Shown: positions 18,183 through 29,128, counted from the stretch's first letter. The stretch: 64,000 bases of DNA from Bdellovibrionota bacterium (GCA_050950765.1 JBMNIF010000002.1:384001-448000); one strand, 5' to 3'. Translations and numbers: made by a program. The notes: generated from the sequence alone by a model not told the origin.

Positions 18183-18785
18183 CTACTCACCTTTAAACCC
18201 CATTCCAACTACATAGAACTCGGTGGAAGATCTTCTAGAAGAGTCTAACTCTTCCCTCTTACATACTTTAAACACAGAGCGCACACTTTGCACAAATTCC
18301 TGCGCCTCTGGACTCATAAAAACTTTCACAACTAAGGAGCCGTCCTTTTTTAAAACCCGTTTCGCAATATTAAGCGCTGCACCTGCTAGAGCTGCAGCTC
18401 CACACATATCAACTTCTCTAATACCAGTTAGTTTAGGGGAAAGATCTGAAAGCACAACATCAAATCGTTGCCTTGTTTCGGAAAACATCTTTTCAAGCGC
18501 TACATCATCAAAAACATCACCTTGATAGATCTTAATATTAGGTTCGGCAAAGCCTTTAATCTCAGCTAAATCTATTCCTACCGCCAATCCATTATCTCCG
18601 ATCTTATCTGCTGAATATTGCAACCACCCTCCCGGCCACGCCCCGAGATCAAGGACATCCATCCCTTTAGAAAAAAGTTTGTATTTTTTATCTAACTCCT
18701 CAATCTTATAAAACGCTCGACACCGTTGCCCTTCTGATTTCGCTTTATTATAAAAACTATCTTTCCTTTTGTACTTAGCAGACAT
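18183..18785 (-). CDS. rlmE: 23S rRNA Um2552 methyltransferase RlmE/FtsJ
   Basis: RAFYKIEE, VLDLGAWPGGW, DVVLSDLSP, VVKVF, SSRRSSTEFY. Confidence 0.92.
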   Translation of the reverse strand: MSAKYKRKDSFYNKAKSEGQRCRAFYKIEELDKKYKLFSKGMDVLDLGAWPGGWLQYSADKIGDNGLAVGIDLAEIKGFAEPNIKIYQGDVFDDVALEKMFSETRQRFDVVLSDLSPKLTGIREVDMCGAAALAGAALNIAKRVLKKDGSLVVKVFMSPEAQEFVQSVRSVFKVCKREELDSSRRSSTEFYVVGMGFKGE

Positions 18786-19093
18786 TACAGTTTTTCCCTT
18801 CCTCCCGCATGACTTTTTCGGTAAAGAGTAACCTGTTCATCGAAAGGGCACCACAGGGAAGTAACATTTATCTCCACAATTACCAATAAAATCAATAATA
18901 TTCCATAGTTAAAAGCATAAGTGCAACATCTTAGCTGTTACACAACTTTCTCCATATCCTTATAAAAACACCAATTCTTCTATTTTTTGCCCAAAAACAG
19001 AAGTTTTTTCTCGCCTTAAGCCGATAGCCTCTCTAAAGTGTATAGATACAACAGAGGTATCGTATCTTCGTATAACCTCTTAAAAGAGTAAAA

Positions 19094-19438
19094 ATGGGGC
19101 GTTTAGTCGTTATAAAAGATATAGGCTATCAAGAATATAAAGATCTGATAGCGAAAGGTCTAGAAGCTAAAGATCTGGGGCGATCTCTTCTCGCCGACTC
19201 AGATAAAAACGCTCCGCTCTTAACAAAAAAATCATGGGCGGTACGTGCTTCCATTATTTGCATTATTATCTCACTTCTTTTGGCGATCTACATCGCCATC
19301 CAGTTCTCAAAAGATCTTTCTAATGACGGAGATTCTGCAATCCTTCAACTACTTAACTTTAATTCAATTACAACGAACCTTAACTACCTTTCCCCCTCCT
19401 CTTTTTTTCTAACTTCCGAACCTAGACACTTTTTTTAA
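19094..19438 (+). CDS. Hypothetical single-TM protein
   Basis: 114-aa ORF with a hydrophobic ASIICIIISLLLAIYIAI segment; a GCCGATAG motif lies upstream at 19020. Confidence 0.5.
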   Translation: MGRLVVIKDIGYQEYKDLIAKGLEAKDLGRSLLADSDKNAPLLTKKSWAVRASIICIIISLLLAIYIAIQFSKDLSNDGDSAILQLLNFNSITTNLNYLSPSSFFLTSEPRHFF

Positions 19439-19523
19439 AAAAGCTTTTAACTAAAGAATACCTCTCCTGCTTTAGATTAAAAAAGCTTCTAGCTAAAGAA
19501 TACCTCTCCTGCTTTAAATTAAA
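19436..19523. repeat. 42-bp tandem duplication
   Basis: CTAAAGAATACCTCTCCTGCTTTA at 19451 and 19493. Confidence 0.85.
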
Positions 19524-19576
19524 GTAGAGTACTAAAAACTCCTCTCTCCGCAGAAAAGGCACTCTCACATATTATC

Positions 19577-21067
19577 CTAGTAAGTTTTAAGCAGCACAAA
19601 CCGTTTCATACCTGCAGTTTCAACAACCAGTCGAATCCCGTCAGAAAGGTTATGCTTCTTTATCTCAGCTAAGAACTCTTGACTACTTTTTACATCTTTC
19701 CCAGCAACCTTTAAAATAACATCCCAAGGTTGAATCCCTGAATTAGCTGCCACTCCGTAAGGGGTAACACTCATAACCACTACGGAACCTTCAGTTCTAA
19801 AACCGAGTTGCCGACGAAGGTGCGGCGTTAATGTCTCCACATTTAACCCGAGATCAGAAACCGAACTGCGCGACTGCTGCCACGTTCCTGTACTTCCATC
19901 TTGCAGCTCTTCAATTCTCACCTTAAAAGTCTTGATCTTGCCATCTCTAAAAACCTCTACGGGGACTCGACTCTTCGGGGCAGTAGCGGCTACTGCAAGA
20001 CGTAACTGATTGACATCCTTTATCTTTTTCCCATTAAACTTTACAATAATATCTTCAGAACGTAAGCCCGCTTTTTCAGCTGGTCCATCTGGGGTGACAT
20101 CTCCGATTAGAGCGCCCTCCGTACCGGAATAATTAAAGGAAGCTCCCAAATCTTCCGTTATGTTTTGAATAGCAACACCGAGCCAGCCACGCACGACCTT
20201 TCCGTTTTTAGCCAAACTCTCTAAAACACTTTTGGCGAGGTTAATCGGTATGGCGAACCCAATCCCCATATATCCGCCACTCTTACTGAAGATTGCAGAA
20301 TTAATCCCAACAACCTCACCGTACAGATTCACCAACGGTCCACCACTATTACCTGGATTAATAGCGGCATCTGTTTGAATGTAATCTTCATACTTCATGC
20401 CTCCAGGTGAGATTGAACGTCCCTTCGCACTAACAACACCCGTTGTAATAGTATGCTCCAAGCCGAAAGGATTTCCCACAGCAACAACCCATTCTCCGAT
20501 CTTTAATTTATCAGAATCTCCTAATTTCAGAGGGGTAAGTTTCTTATCCGATTTAATCTTTAAAATAGCTAGATCCGTTCCGGAATCAGCTCCTACGATC
20601 TCGGCTTTATAGATATGGTTATCATGCAATTTAACTTCAACCTCATCAGCCCCTTCAATAACGTGATTATTGGTTAAAATATGTCCGTCATCATCAATAA
20701 TAAATCCCGTTCCCATTCCACTTTGTTGCTTGTAGCTTTGCCTACCCCGTGGAGGAGTGCCCCTCCCTTGAGGAAAGTTTTCATCGGGGAAAAGTTGATT
20801 AAAAAACTCCTCTCCAAAAAACTCTTCTAAGGGCACCACCCTTCTACCGTTAAAAGGCACACTGCGGAAGGTGCGCACCCCAGCATTAATATTCTGCACG
20901 GCGCTAATATTGACCACACTCGGCATAACTGTTTCCGCAACGTGTGAAAATGCCTGCGACAACGCTTGCGCCTGCTCGATAGATCTATCTATATCTTCAG
21001 CCTGTACATTATAGGAACATAAACAAAAAGATAGAGCGAACAACTTAATGATCTTAAACGACTTCAT
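19577..21067 (-). CDS. degP: DegP/DegQ (HtrA) periplasmic serine protease with 2 PDZ domains
   Basis: Signal peptide; GTGFII, LTNNHV, DLAILK, IQTDAAINPGNSGGPL; two C-terminal PDZ-like regions. Confidence 0.95.
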   Translation of the reverse strand: MKSFKIIKLFALSFCLCSYNVQAEDIDRSIEQAQALSQAFSHVAETVMPSVVNISAVQNINAGVRTFRSVPFNGRRVVPLEEFFGEEFFNQLFPDENFPQGRGTPPRGRQSYKQQSGMGTGFIIDDDGHILTNNHVIEGADEVEVKLHDNHIYKAEIVGADSGTDLAILKIKSDKKLTPLKLGDSDKLKIGEWVVAVGNPFGLEHTITTGVVSAKGRSISPGGMKYEDYIQTDAAINPGNSGGPLVNLYGEVVGINSAIFSKSGGYMGIGFAIPINLAKSVLESLAKNGKVVRGWLGVAIQNITEDLGASFNYSGTEGALIGDVTPDGPAEKAGLRSEDIIVKFNGKKIKDVNQLRLAVAATAPKSRVPVEVFRDGKIKTFKVRIEELQDGSTGTWQQSRSSVSDLGLNVETLTPHLRRQLGFRTEGSVVVMSVTPYGVAANSGIQPWDVILKVAGKDVKSSQEFLAEIKKHNLSDGIRLVVETAGMKRFVLLKTY

Positions 21068-21286
21068 TTATCTCCTCCATAACATTACGTAATAACTTTT
21101 CTTATTATAAAATTTCACTCGTCCACTTGTGTCTTTGACGATAGAACAACTCCCCATATTCATGATTTTTTATTTTTTCTTTATTATCACAAGTCATAAT
21201 AAACGACACATAATTGATCTTATTACCTTTTAATACTATTATTTAGCAGTTCTTTAAACAGCACTCTGAATAAGGAGTATCCCCAG

Positions 21287-22624
21287 ATGATTATAATGAA
21301 GTTCGGAGGCAGTTCTTTACGAGATGCCACACGAATCAATGAAGTTATTTCTTTGATTCGGGAATATCTAAATGAGCACCCCATCATCGTCTGTTCTGCA
21401 CTTGGCAGCACCACTAACAACTTACTTGAAGCTGGGCAAGGTGCGCTTTCGGGAGATGTCACCATTGAAAAGATTAAATCTGATCACCTTAAAATTATTA
21501 CAGACCTAAATCTCTCTCAAGAAGAGATCACACCTCTCTTCACAGAATTAACCGATCTCTTACAAGGGATCGCCGTACTACAAAAACTAACTAAAAAAAC
21601 GACAGATGCTTTAATGTCTTTCGGAGAGAGGCTCTCCGTTCGCATTATAGCCGCTGCACTATCAAAAAACGGTATCGCTGCAAAGCCGTTTGATGCTTTT
21701 GATCTAGGCTTTCTAACAGATTCTAAATTTAACAACGCTGAAATTCTACCAGAAACATATACAAATCTCCGTAAAAACTGCGCTGCTTTTTCAGACTATC
21801 ACTACACCCCTATCGTCACCGGTTTTATTGCAAAAGATCAGGAAGGTAACATCACAACACTAGGTAGAAGCGGCAGTGATTTAACAGCATCTACCCTTGG
21901 AGCAGCTTTAAATGTACGCGAAGTTCAGGTCTGGAAAGATGTGGATGGTTTACTAACAACAGACCCACGTATTGTAAAAGCAGCCCGTCCTGTCGGAGAT
22001 GTTTCATTCGAAGAGGCTTCAGAGTTAGCTTATTTCGGCGCTAAGGTCTTACACCCCTTAGCCATTCAACCAGCTATGGCGTACAACATCCCTGTTAGAG
22101 TTAAGAACTCTTACAATAAAAACCATCCAGGTACACTTATTACCGCCAAACGTGAAGCACCTGTTGCCCTCCTAAAAGCGCTAACAACAAAACGAAACGT
22201 TACCCTGATCGACCTTTTCTCTTCGCAGATGCTCGGTCAATACGGCTTTTTAGCCCGTGTTTTTCAGATCTTTGATGAACACAAGATCTCCGTTGATATG
22301 GTTGCAACTAGTGAAGTTAGCGTTTCTTTAACCTTAGATAAGAACTTTGAACTTAAAACTGCCGTTCATGATCTCCAACAGATAGCTTCTGTCCACGTCG
22401 GATACGATAAAGCTATTATCAGTTTAATCGGCGATATCTCTCGTTCATCAGAGATCCTTCATCTCGCTTTTGGTACACTCCATGCTATCGGTATTAATGT
22501 GCAGATGATCTCTTTAGGCGCTTCTAAGGTCAATATCGGTCTAATTGTAGAAGACTCTCAAGCGGAGGATTGTATTAAAGAACTTCACAAAGTATTTTTT
22601 GAAACAGAAAACGAGGCAGCATGA
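21287..22624 (+). CDS. lysC: Aspartate kinase with ACT domains
   Basis: MKFGGSS, TTLGRSGSDLTA, WKDVDG..DPR, ELAYFGAKVLHP, VDMVATSEVSVSLT. Confidence 0.95.
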   Translation: MIIMKFGGSSLRDATRINEVISLIREYLNEHPIIVCSALGSTTNNLLEAGQGALSGDVTIEKIKSDHLKIITDLNLSQEEITPLFTELTDLLQGIAVLQKLTKKTTDALMSFGERLSVRIIAAALSKNGIAAKPFDAFDLGFLTDSKFNNAEILPETYTNLRKNCAAFSDYHYTPIVTGFIAKDQEGNITTLGRSGSDLTASTLGAALNVREVQVWKDVDGLLTTDPRIVKAARPVGDVSFEEASELAYFGAKVLHPLAIQPAMAYNIPVRVKNSYNKNHPGTLITAKREAPVALLKALTTKRNVTLIDLFSSQMLGQYGFLARVFQIFDEHKISVDMVATSEVSVSLTLDKNFELKTAVHDLQQIASVHVGYDKAIISLIGDISRSSEILHLAFGTLHAIGINVQMISLGASKVNIGLIVEDSQAEDCIKELHKVFFETENEAA

Positions 22625-23361
22625 AAATAGGAGTTATCGGTTACGGCAAAATGGGAAAGTTAATCCGTGAGGTGGCGCTTACAAGGGGACACACCGTTAC
22701 TACCATAGATCCTTTTGCTGCTGATGCCGATTTTAAACAGATTACCGCTGAATCCGTAGCTGATGTGTCTGTATGCATAGATTTTACAACTCCCACCGTT
22801 GTTATAGAGAACATAGAAAAGTTAATCTCATTAAAGAAGGGGATCGTAGTCGGTACTACCGGCTGGTACGATAAGGTGGATTATGTAAAAAATCTGGTTG
22901 ATAAAAACGAGGTTGCTTTAATGTACGCCTCTAATTTTTCACTCGGGGTTAATATCTTTTATCAGATTGTCAGACGAGCAGCAGCGCTAATGAACAAAGT
23001 CGATAACTATGATGTCTGCGGCATTGAGTACCACCACTCCCAAAAAGCAGATAGCCCCTCCGGCACTGCACAAACCTTATCAGAGATAATTTTATCTGAG
23101 ATGCAACGTAAAGAAAAAGTAGTTTTTGATATCGTTGATCGCAAGATTGAACCTAAAGAGCTACACTTTGCCAGTGTACGGTGCGGGTCTTTTCCAGGCA
23201 CACATGAGATCTCTTTTGATTCATCGGCAGATACGATTTCATTAAAACACACCGCTAGAAACCGTGACGGTTTCGCCTATGGTGCTGTTTTAGCAGCGGA
23301 GTGGATCAGCTGCTCTAAAGGTTTTTTTACAATAGATGATTTTATCACCTCTATTTTATAA
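22621..23361 (+). CDS. dapB: 4-hydroxy-tetrahydrodipicolinate reductase
   Basis: GYGKMG, IDFT, VVGTTGW, ASNFSLGVN, EYHHSQKADSPSGTA. Confidence 0.95.
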   Translation: MKIGVIGYGKMGKLIREVALTRGHTVTTIDPFAADADFKQITAESVADVSVCIDFTTPTVVIENIEKLISLKKGIVVGTTGWYDKVDYVKNLVDKNEVALMYASNFSLGVNIFYQIVRRAAALMNKVDNYDVCGIEYHHSQKADSPSGTAQTLSEIILSEMQRKEKVVFDIVDRKIEPKELHFASVRCGSFPGTHEISFDSSADTISLKHTARNRDGFAYGAVLAAEWISCSKGFFTIDDFITSIL

Positions 23362-23403
23362 TATTTGCGAAGAAGTTTTTCATTAAATAAAAAGGGACTG
23401 CTC

Positions 23404-24312
23404 ATGAAAATTAAAGGTGTTTATACGGCACTTGTCACACCATTTACCGGAGTCAATAACACTTCCGTTAATTACACTGTCCTTAAAGAAAACATTCGCT
23501 TTCAATTAGAGTCCGGCATCTCGGGGCTTGTTCCTCTCGGAACAACGGGCGAAACTCCAACTCTTACCAAAGAAGAGCAGATTAAAATTATCAACTGCAC
23601 TGTTTCAGAAGCTAAAGGTAAAGCCGTTATCCTTGTCGGAACAGGTACTAATTCAACGGCAAGCACTATTGAAAACACTCTACGCGCTAAAGATCTGGGA
23701 GCGGATGCTGCTCTTATCGTAACTCCGTACTACAACAAACCGACACAAGAGGGGCTCTATCGTCATTTTGCTGCTGTGGCAGAAGCTGCCGACCTTCCAC
23801 TTGTAGTTTACAATATAAAGGGACGCTCTTGTGTAAACATAGAAACTGCCACGATGTTTCGCTTAGCAAAGATCCCCCAAGTTGTAGCGGTAAAAGAAGC
23901 TTCGGGAGATATCGGGCAGATCGGAGATGTTGTTAAAGAGCTTGCTTCCGATAAGTTTTCAGTTATGAGTGGTGATGATGGCTTAACACTACCAGCTATG
24001 GCACTTGGTGCCGCAGGTGTTGTCTCTGTACTATCAAACCTATTACCGAAAGAGGTTGTTGCTTTAGTTTCTGCAGCAGCTTCAAACGATATCACAGCTG
24101 CCCGTAAGATTCATTACCACCTCCTTCCACTTTTTAAAGCAATTTTTATTGAAACAAATCCGATTCCGATCAAGGCTGCTATGAATTTATGTGGTATACC
24201 GTGCGGTGGTCACCGTTTACCTCTCTGCGAAATGAAGCAGGAGAACCTTGAAAAACTTATCTCTGTTTTACAAGAGTTGAAAATTATCAAAGGATTATCT
24301 AACGCAGTTTAG
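23404..24312 (+). CDS. dapA: 4-hydroxy-tetrahydrodipicolinate synthase
   Basis: TALVTPF, GTTGETPTL, TPYYNKPTQEG, KEASG, SGDD, ETNPIPIK. Confidence 0.95.
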   Translation: MKIKGVYTALVTPFTGVNNTSVNYTVLKENIRFQLESGISGLVPLGTTGETPTLTKEEQIKIINCTVSEAKGKAVILVGTGTNSTASTIENTLRAKDLGADAALIVTPYYNKPTQEGLYRHFAAVAEAADLPLVVYNIKGRSCVNIETATMFRLAKIPQVVAVKEASGDIGQIGDVVKELASDKFSVMSGDDGLTLPAMALGAAGVVSVLSNLLPKEVVALVSAAASNDITAARKIHYHLLPLFKAIFIETNPIPIKAAMNLCGIPCGGHRLPLCEMKQENLEKLISVLQELKIIKGLSNAV

Positions 24313-24380
24313 TAAGCTTGTATGTTTTCTGCCTTACTTATTAAAGTTTAATTATTATTGCACGATTTTTACGGAGTATC

Positions 24381-25223
24381 ATGGATAAATTACATTTTAC
24401 GAAAATGGAGGGTACAGGCAACGATTACATCTATATAGATTGTTTAAATTGCGAGATGCCTCAACTCTCTGCCCCTGAAATTACTCGCCTTTGCGATAGA
24501 CACTTCGGCATCGGTGCAGATGGCGTCGTTTTTATTTTACCCTCTGAAACAGCCGATTTTAGAATGCGTATGTTTAACGTTAATGGTACTGAAGCAGAGA
24601 TGTGCGGCAATGCTTCTCGTAGCATCGGAGTCTATCTTTATAATCGCGGCAAAACTGAAAAGACGAATATTAAATTGGAGACAAAAGGCGGCATTAAGGA
24701 TCTATTTTTAAATATTGAAAATAACCTCGCCACCTCAGTCTGTGTCGATATGGGGATCCCTTCCTTAACTCCCGCACACATCCCAGTTATTAGTGACAAA
24801 GAAAAAGCCATTAACGATACAATTCTAATTGATGGACGCACTCTATACATGAGCTGTGTCTCTATGGGAAATCCGCACGCCGTGTTTTTTGTATCAGAGA
24901 TAACGGATGAGCACGTCCTAACATGGGGACCTCAAATAGAGACACATCCGTTATTCCCTAAACATACCAACGTTGAGTTCGTACAGATTATCTCCAAAAC
25001 AGAGATGCGAATGCGTGTCTGGGAACGGGGTACTGGAGAAACTTTAGCTTGTGGAACAGGAGCGTGCGCTGCACTTGTAGCAGCCTCTTTAAACGGATTA
25101 TCTGATGATAAGGCAACAGTGCATCTACTGGGAGGAGACCTTAAGGTCGAATGGAGAGACGACGATCACGTTTATCAGACAGGACCTGCAAAGATAGTTT
25201 TTGATGGCACTTTTATATTTTAA
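24381..25223 (+). CDS. dapF: Diaminopimelate epimerase
   Basis: FTKMEGTGND, DRHFGIGADG, AEMCGN, SMGNPH, ERGTGETLACGTG. Confidence 0.96.
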   Translation: MDKLHFTKMEGTGNDYIYIDCLNCEMPQLSAPEITRLCDRHFGIGADGVVFILPSETADFRMRMFNVNGTEAEMCGNASRSIGVYLYNRGKTEKTNIKLETKGGIKDLFLNIENNLATSVCVDMGIPSLTPAHIPVISDKEKAINDTILIDGRTLYMSCVSMGNPHAVFFVSEITDEHVLTWGPQIETHPLFPKHTNVEFVQIISKTEMRMRVWERGTGETLACGTGACAALVAASLNGLSDDKATVHLLGGDLKVEWRDDDHVYQTGPAKIVFDGTFIF

Positions 25224-25681
25224 CGCCCCTCCCCCTAAGAGCCTAACTCCTTAATAATAAAGGATATATAGGTCACTATCAAGGCATCTGCCGTATTTGT
25301 GCCACCACTACAAACACCTTTCAAACCCTATTACATCCGAGCCTTACAAAAACTTGAGTTACTTATCAATCATGGTGTATCCTCACCTTATATAACGGAG
25401 CTGCGTCTCTTACGGAGTGTCAAGATTGAGGCAGTGATAGTCTTCTGCATTATTCATGATAATTCATACAAAAAAACAGTAACGAATTATCATGAATGAT
25501 ACAGGCAAAAAGGAGTTAAGTGTATTTTTATTCCTCCTTTTCTGTTTGATCTATTACTAATACTAAGTTGTCTTCTGTATCTCAATCGCAATCCCCTTTG
25601 CGATACTCACACCGCAAGTAGTGTCTTCGTTATCTCTTATTTAATTAAGATTTTTTTACAGCAAAAAAATAAGGATAAACT

Positions 25682-26482
25682 ATGCGCTTTAAGATAGCAG
25701 CTAGACAAAACAACTCCGACTCTAAGATTGAAAAAGATCACTACCGTGAGATAGAAGATAATCTAAATTATCACTTTAAAGATATCACATATCTGCAACG
25801 TGCTTTAACACACCGTTCCGCTCCCGTCGCACACGGTGCCGGAAATGATTACGAAAGGTTAGAGTTCTTGGGAGATGCCGTCTTAGATCTCGTTGTTGCC
25901 GACCTCTTACTCTCGGCACATCAGAACATCAAAGAAGGTGAGCTATCAAAGATGCGCGCCGCTTTAGTAAATACACTCTCTCTCGCTGAGATCGCCCGCA
26001 CAGTTAAACTTGGAAAATATATTAAACTCAGTCGCGGCGAATTAGCTAACGGTGGAGCAGACCGTCCTTCAATCTTAGCTGATGTCTTTGAAGCTACTAT
26101 CGGTGCTATCTACAAAGATGCTGGATATGCACAGGTCTTCGAATGTATCAAAAGCCTCTTCGGCGATAAGATCTCAACAGTCACCCCGATCGATCCGAAA
26201 ACAGAGCTGCAAGAAGCTCTGCACCTAGCAGGTAGCGAAGCTCCAAACTATCTTTTAGAATGCGTAGAAGGTCCCGAGCACGCCCCTACTTTTATATCAG
26301 TTGTTGAAGTTGATAAGCAGATCGTTGGACGTGGCAGCGGTCCCACCAAAAAAGCATCACAACAAGCAGCTGCAGCAGAAGCTTTAGAAAGACTACTTAA
26401 AGAAGATGAGATAGATCACACTTTCTTTACAATTGATGCACAAAATTTAATCCAGAACCACACAGCAGAGATGGAGGACTAA
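25682..26482 (+). CDS. rnc: Ribonuclease III
   Basis: ALTHRS, YERLEFLGDAVL, ADVFEA, dsRBD (DPKTELQE...GPEHAPTF). Confidence 0.96.
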   Translation: MRFKIAARQNNSDSKIEKDHYREIEDNLNYHFKDITYLQRALTHRSAPVAHGAGNDYERLEFLGDAVLDLVVADLLLSAHQNIKEGELSKMRAALVNTLSLAEIARTVKLGKYIKLSRGELANGGADRPSILADVFEATIGAIYKDAGYAQVFECIKSLFGDKISTVTPIDPKTELQEALHLAGSEAPNYLLECVEGPEHAPTFISVVEVDKQIVGRGSGPTKKASQQAAAAEALERLLKEDEIDHTFFTIDAQNLIQNHTAEMED

Positions 26483-27861
26483 TGGGGAAACGTATTCCGA
26501 CCGTCGCCATTGTTGGGCGCGCCAACGTCGGTAAATCAACACTTTTTAATGCACTCGTTGGGCGCAAGGTTTCTATCGTAAAGGATAAGCCAGGGGTAAC
26601 TAGAGATCGTAACTATGCCTTAGTTCGAAAGTTTCCCGTACCTTTTACACTGATTGATACAGGCGGACTTCTGCATGACGACGATATCGCTTTACAGGAA
26701 TCAATCAAGAATCAGACCGATATCGCTATTCAAGAGGCTGATTTAATCTTAGCCCTATTGGACGGACTTAACGGAGTGCATCCAAATGATCACGATATTG
26801 TGAACCTCCTCCGTTGCACATCCAAACCTGTCATCTGGGTTGTTAATAAATGCGAAAAGCCTTCCATAGAGGCAAACGCTTGTGAGTTCTTCGAGCTGGG
26901 CATAGAAGATCCCTTCCGAATTAGCGCAGCACATAACGTCAATATTAAACAGCTCTTAGCTAAGATCAGAGATGTGTTGCAACTTGGAGACCCTGAGAAC
27001 TTCATTGATTCTGAAGAGGAAGAGAGCGGTGTCATCCGCATCGCTGTGATCGGACGTCCGAACGTCGGAAAGTCCACCTTTATCAACACAATCTTAGGTG
27101 AAAGTCGTCTGATTACATCTGATATCGCTGGAACTACTCGAGATAGTATCGATACACCCCTAAAACGTGAGGGGCGCGATCTCGTTCTGGTCGATACCGC
27201 AGGACTACGCAAAAAAAGTAAGGTCGATAATGCTGGGCTTGAATATGCAGGTAACGAAAGAACGATTCGCGCCTTAGCAACTTGCGATGTTGCAATACTC
27301 GTCCTCGATGTAACGCGCGGCGAACCTGCTGAACAAGATGCCAAAATCGCAGGACTAATTCACGAACGTGGTAGATCTTTAGTTATTGTTGCTAATAAAT
27401 GGGATGCCGTAGAAAAAGACCACAAATCTGCTAAAAAATATAAAGATGCCATCTATGAAGCGTTCAAGTTCGTAAAATATGCACCTGTTCTCTTCACCTC
27501 TGCCAATACCGGTAGACGCTGCCCACAAGTTATAAAAAAAGCTATCGAGGTTTACGATACCGCACGTATCAGAATACCCACCTCAGAGTTAAACAAGATC
27601 ATCTCTGAGGCTTTTGAAAAACATCAACCGCCAACACATCGCGGAAATATCGTGAAGATCTTCTTCGCCGTACAGATTAGCGTTGCACCACCAACGATTG
27701 TACTCTTCGTAAATCATCCTGATAAAATAAACTTCTCTTATCAACGTTACTTAACAAACGCTATCAGAGAAAAATACCCTTACGAAGGTGTAAAAATAAA
27801 ACTTATCGTAAAAAAACGCACCTCCGCCGGACAGGAAAAAAAGAAGCTTAAAGGTTTTTGA
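26482..27861 (+). CDS. der: Ribosome biogenesis GTPase Der (EngA)
   Basis: Two GTPase domains (GRANVGKS, GRPNVGKS; DTGG/DTAG; NKCE/NKWD) plus a KH-like C-terminus. Confidence 0.97.
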   Translation: MGKRIPTVAIVGRANVGKSTLFNALVGRKVSIVKDKPGVTRDRNYALVRKFPVPFTLIDTGGLLHDDDIALQESIKNQTDIAIQEADLILALLDGLNGVHPNDHDIVNLLRCTSKPVIWVVNKCEKPSIEANACEFFELGIEDPFRISAAHNVNIKQLLAKIRDVLQLGDPENFIDSEEEESGVIRIAVIGRPNVGKSTFINTILGESRLITSDIAGTTRDSIDTPLKREGRDLVLVDTAGLRKKSKVDNAGLEYAGNERTIRALATCDVAILVLDVTRGEPAEQDAKIAGLIHERGRSLVIVANKWDAVEKDHKSAKKYKDAIYEAFKFVKYAPVLFTSANTGRRCPQVIKKAIEVYDTARIRIPTSELNKIISEAFEKHQPPTHRGNIVKIFFAVQISVAPPTIVLFVNHPDKINFSYQRYLTNAIREKYPYEGVKIKLIVKKRTSAGQEKKKLKGF

Positions 27862-28092
27862 CCTCCGCTAACACCATAGTAGCTTTTGCAAAGCAGTTGT
27901 CCCAAGAAAAAGAAAGATAAAGCTTCTAAAATTTTGACCTCCCTTAACACCATAGTAGCTTTTACAAAGCAGTTGTCCCAAGAAAAAGAAAGATAAAAAC
28001 TCTTAAATTTTTTACCTCCGCTAACACCATAGTAGCTTTTGCAGAACTACTGTCCCAAGAAAAAGAAAGATAAAAACTCTTAAATTTTGACT
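27856..28092. repeat. 76-77-bp tandem repeat, 3 copies, starting at the der stop codon
   Basis: CCATAGTAGCTTTT at 27874, 27950 and 28027; GTCCCAAGAAAAAGAAAGATAAA in each copy. Confidence 0.9.
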
Positions 28093-28514
28093 AGCCAAAC
28101 ACACGGCAGCAGACCTTACCGTACAGAGACACAACGCCGACCTCCCCCCCCCCTCTCTATCCGCAAGGTGTTTAAATGGTTTGGCAATACTGCCCAACTC
28201 GTATATAATAATCTGTTATTATTAAATATTTTTACAATCTTTAAAGTAACGCCACCTCCCCAGTAGTAACTTTTTGAATCTTTTTAGGACATTAAATACT
28301 CTTGATTTATATGCAGTTTTTGCGGATCATCACGGGCGGTTGTGTTTTATTCGGCTTCGTCCTTATTAAATAACATAAGGGAAAGAAGTGGTTACGCAGC
28401 AATATGTATGCTTTTATTTAATAACACACCTTTGTTCTGTTTTTGGACGTTCTGTTTTTTGTAAACAGTTGAAACGAACGATTTAGACGATGGTGTTTTT
28501 TTGGAGAACTATTT

Positions 28515-29117
28515 TTGAAGGGATTTTATCGAGGACGCCGACCAGGCGTAAAACCTGACGCTAATGAAACTCACCGTATTAATGATCGTATTCTTGCACG
28601 TGAAGTACGTCTAATCTCCGATGAAGGAGAACAACTTGGCATTGTCAGCACCAGAGAAGCTTTGAGGATGGCAGAAGAAGCAGGGCTGGATTTAGTTGAA
28701 GTATCAGAAGATGCACGTCCACCCGTTTGTCGCTTAATGGATTACGGCAAACTTAAATATAGAGAGCAGAAGAAAGCTGCAGAAGCTAGAAAAAAGAGAA
28801 CGGAAATTGTTATTAAAGAGTTGCGCTTAAGATATCGTACTGATGTCGGCGACTTTGAAACGAAGATACGTCAAGCTCGCGATTTCTTGCAAAATGGAGA
28901 TAAAGTTAAATTTTCCATGCGCTTCAAAGGTCGCGAAGCGATGTATGTTAACTTGGGCGTAGAAAAATTTAATGAGGTTGCTGAACGTCTAAAAGATATC
29001 GCAGTCATTGATGATCAATCACCTGCCTTTGGTCGTCAAATTCATATAACCTTCGCACCACTTAAAGGAAAAGCAGCACCTGCTACTCCTGCTGCTCCAA
29101 AATCAGAAAAAGAGTAA
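28515..29117 (+). CDS. infC: Translation initiation factor IF-3
   Basis: RINDRILAREVRLI, LDLVEVS..PPVCRLMDYGK, GDKVKFSMRFKGRE; TTG start 8 nt after GGAG. Confidence 0.96.
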   Translation: MKGFYRGRRPGVKPDANETHRINDRILAREVRLISDEGEQLGIVSTREALRMAEEAGLDLVEVSEDARPPVCRLMDYGKLKYREQKKAAEARKKRTEIVIKELRLRYRTDVGDFETKIRQARDFLQNGDKVKFSMRFKGREAMYVNLGVEKFNEVAERLKDIAVIDDQSPAFGRQIHITFAPLKGKAAPATPAAPKSEKE

Positions 29118-29128
29118 TTGCAAATCGT

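Noticed and set aside
25299..25499. 66-aa ORF between dapF and rnc
   Set aside because: GTG start without a clear RBS, no motif, and it runs through an inverted repeat.
28144..28153. C10 homopolymer as a phase-variation switch
   Set aside because: It is non-coding, about 360 bp upstream of infC, and not within any promoter I can identify.
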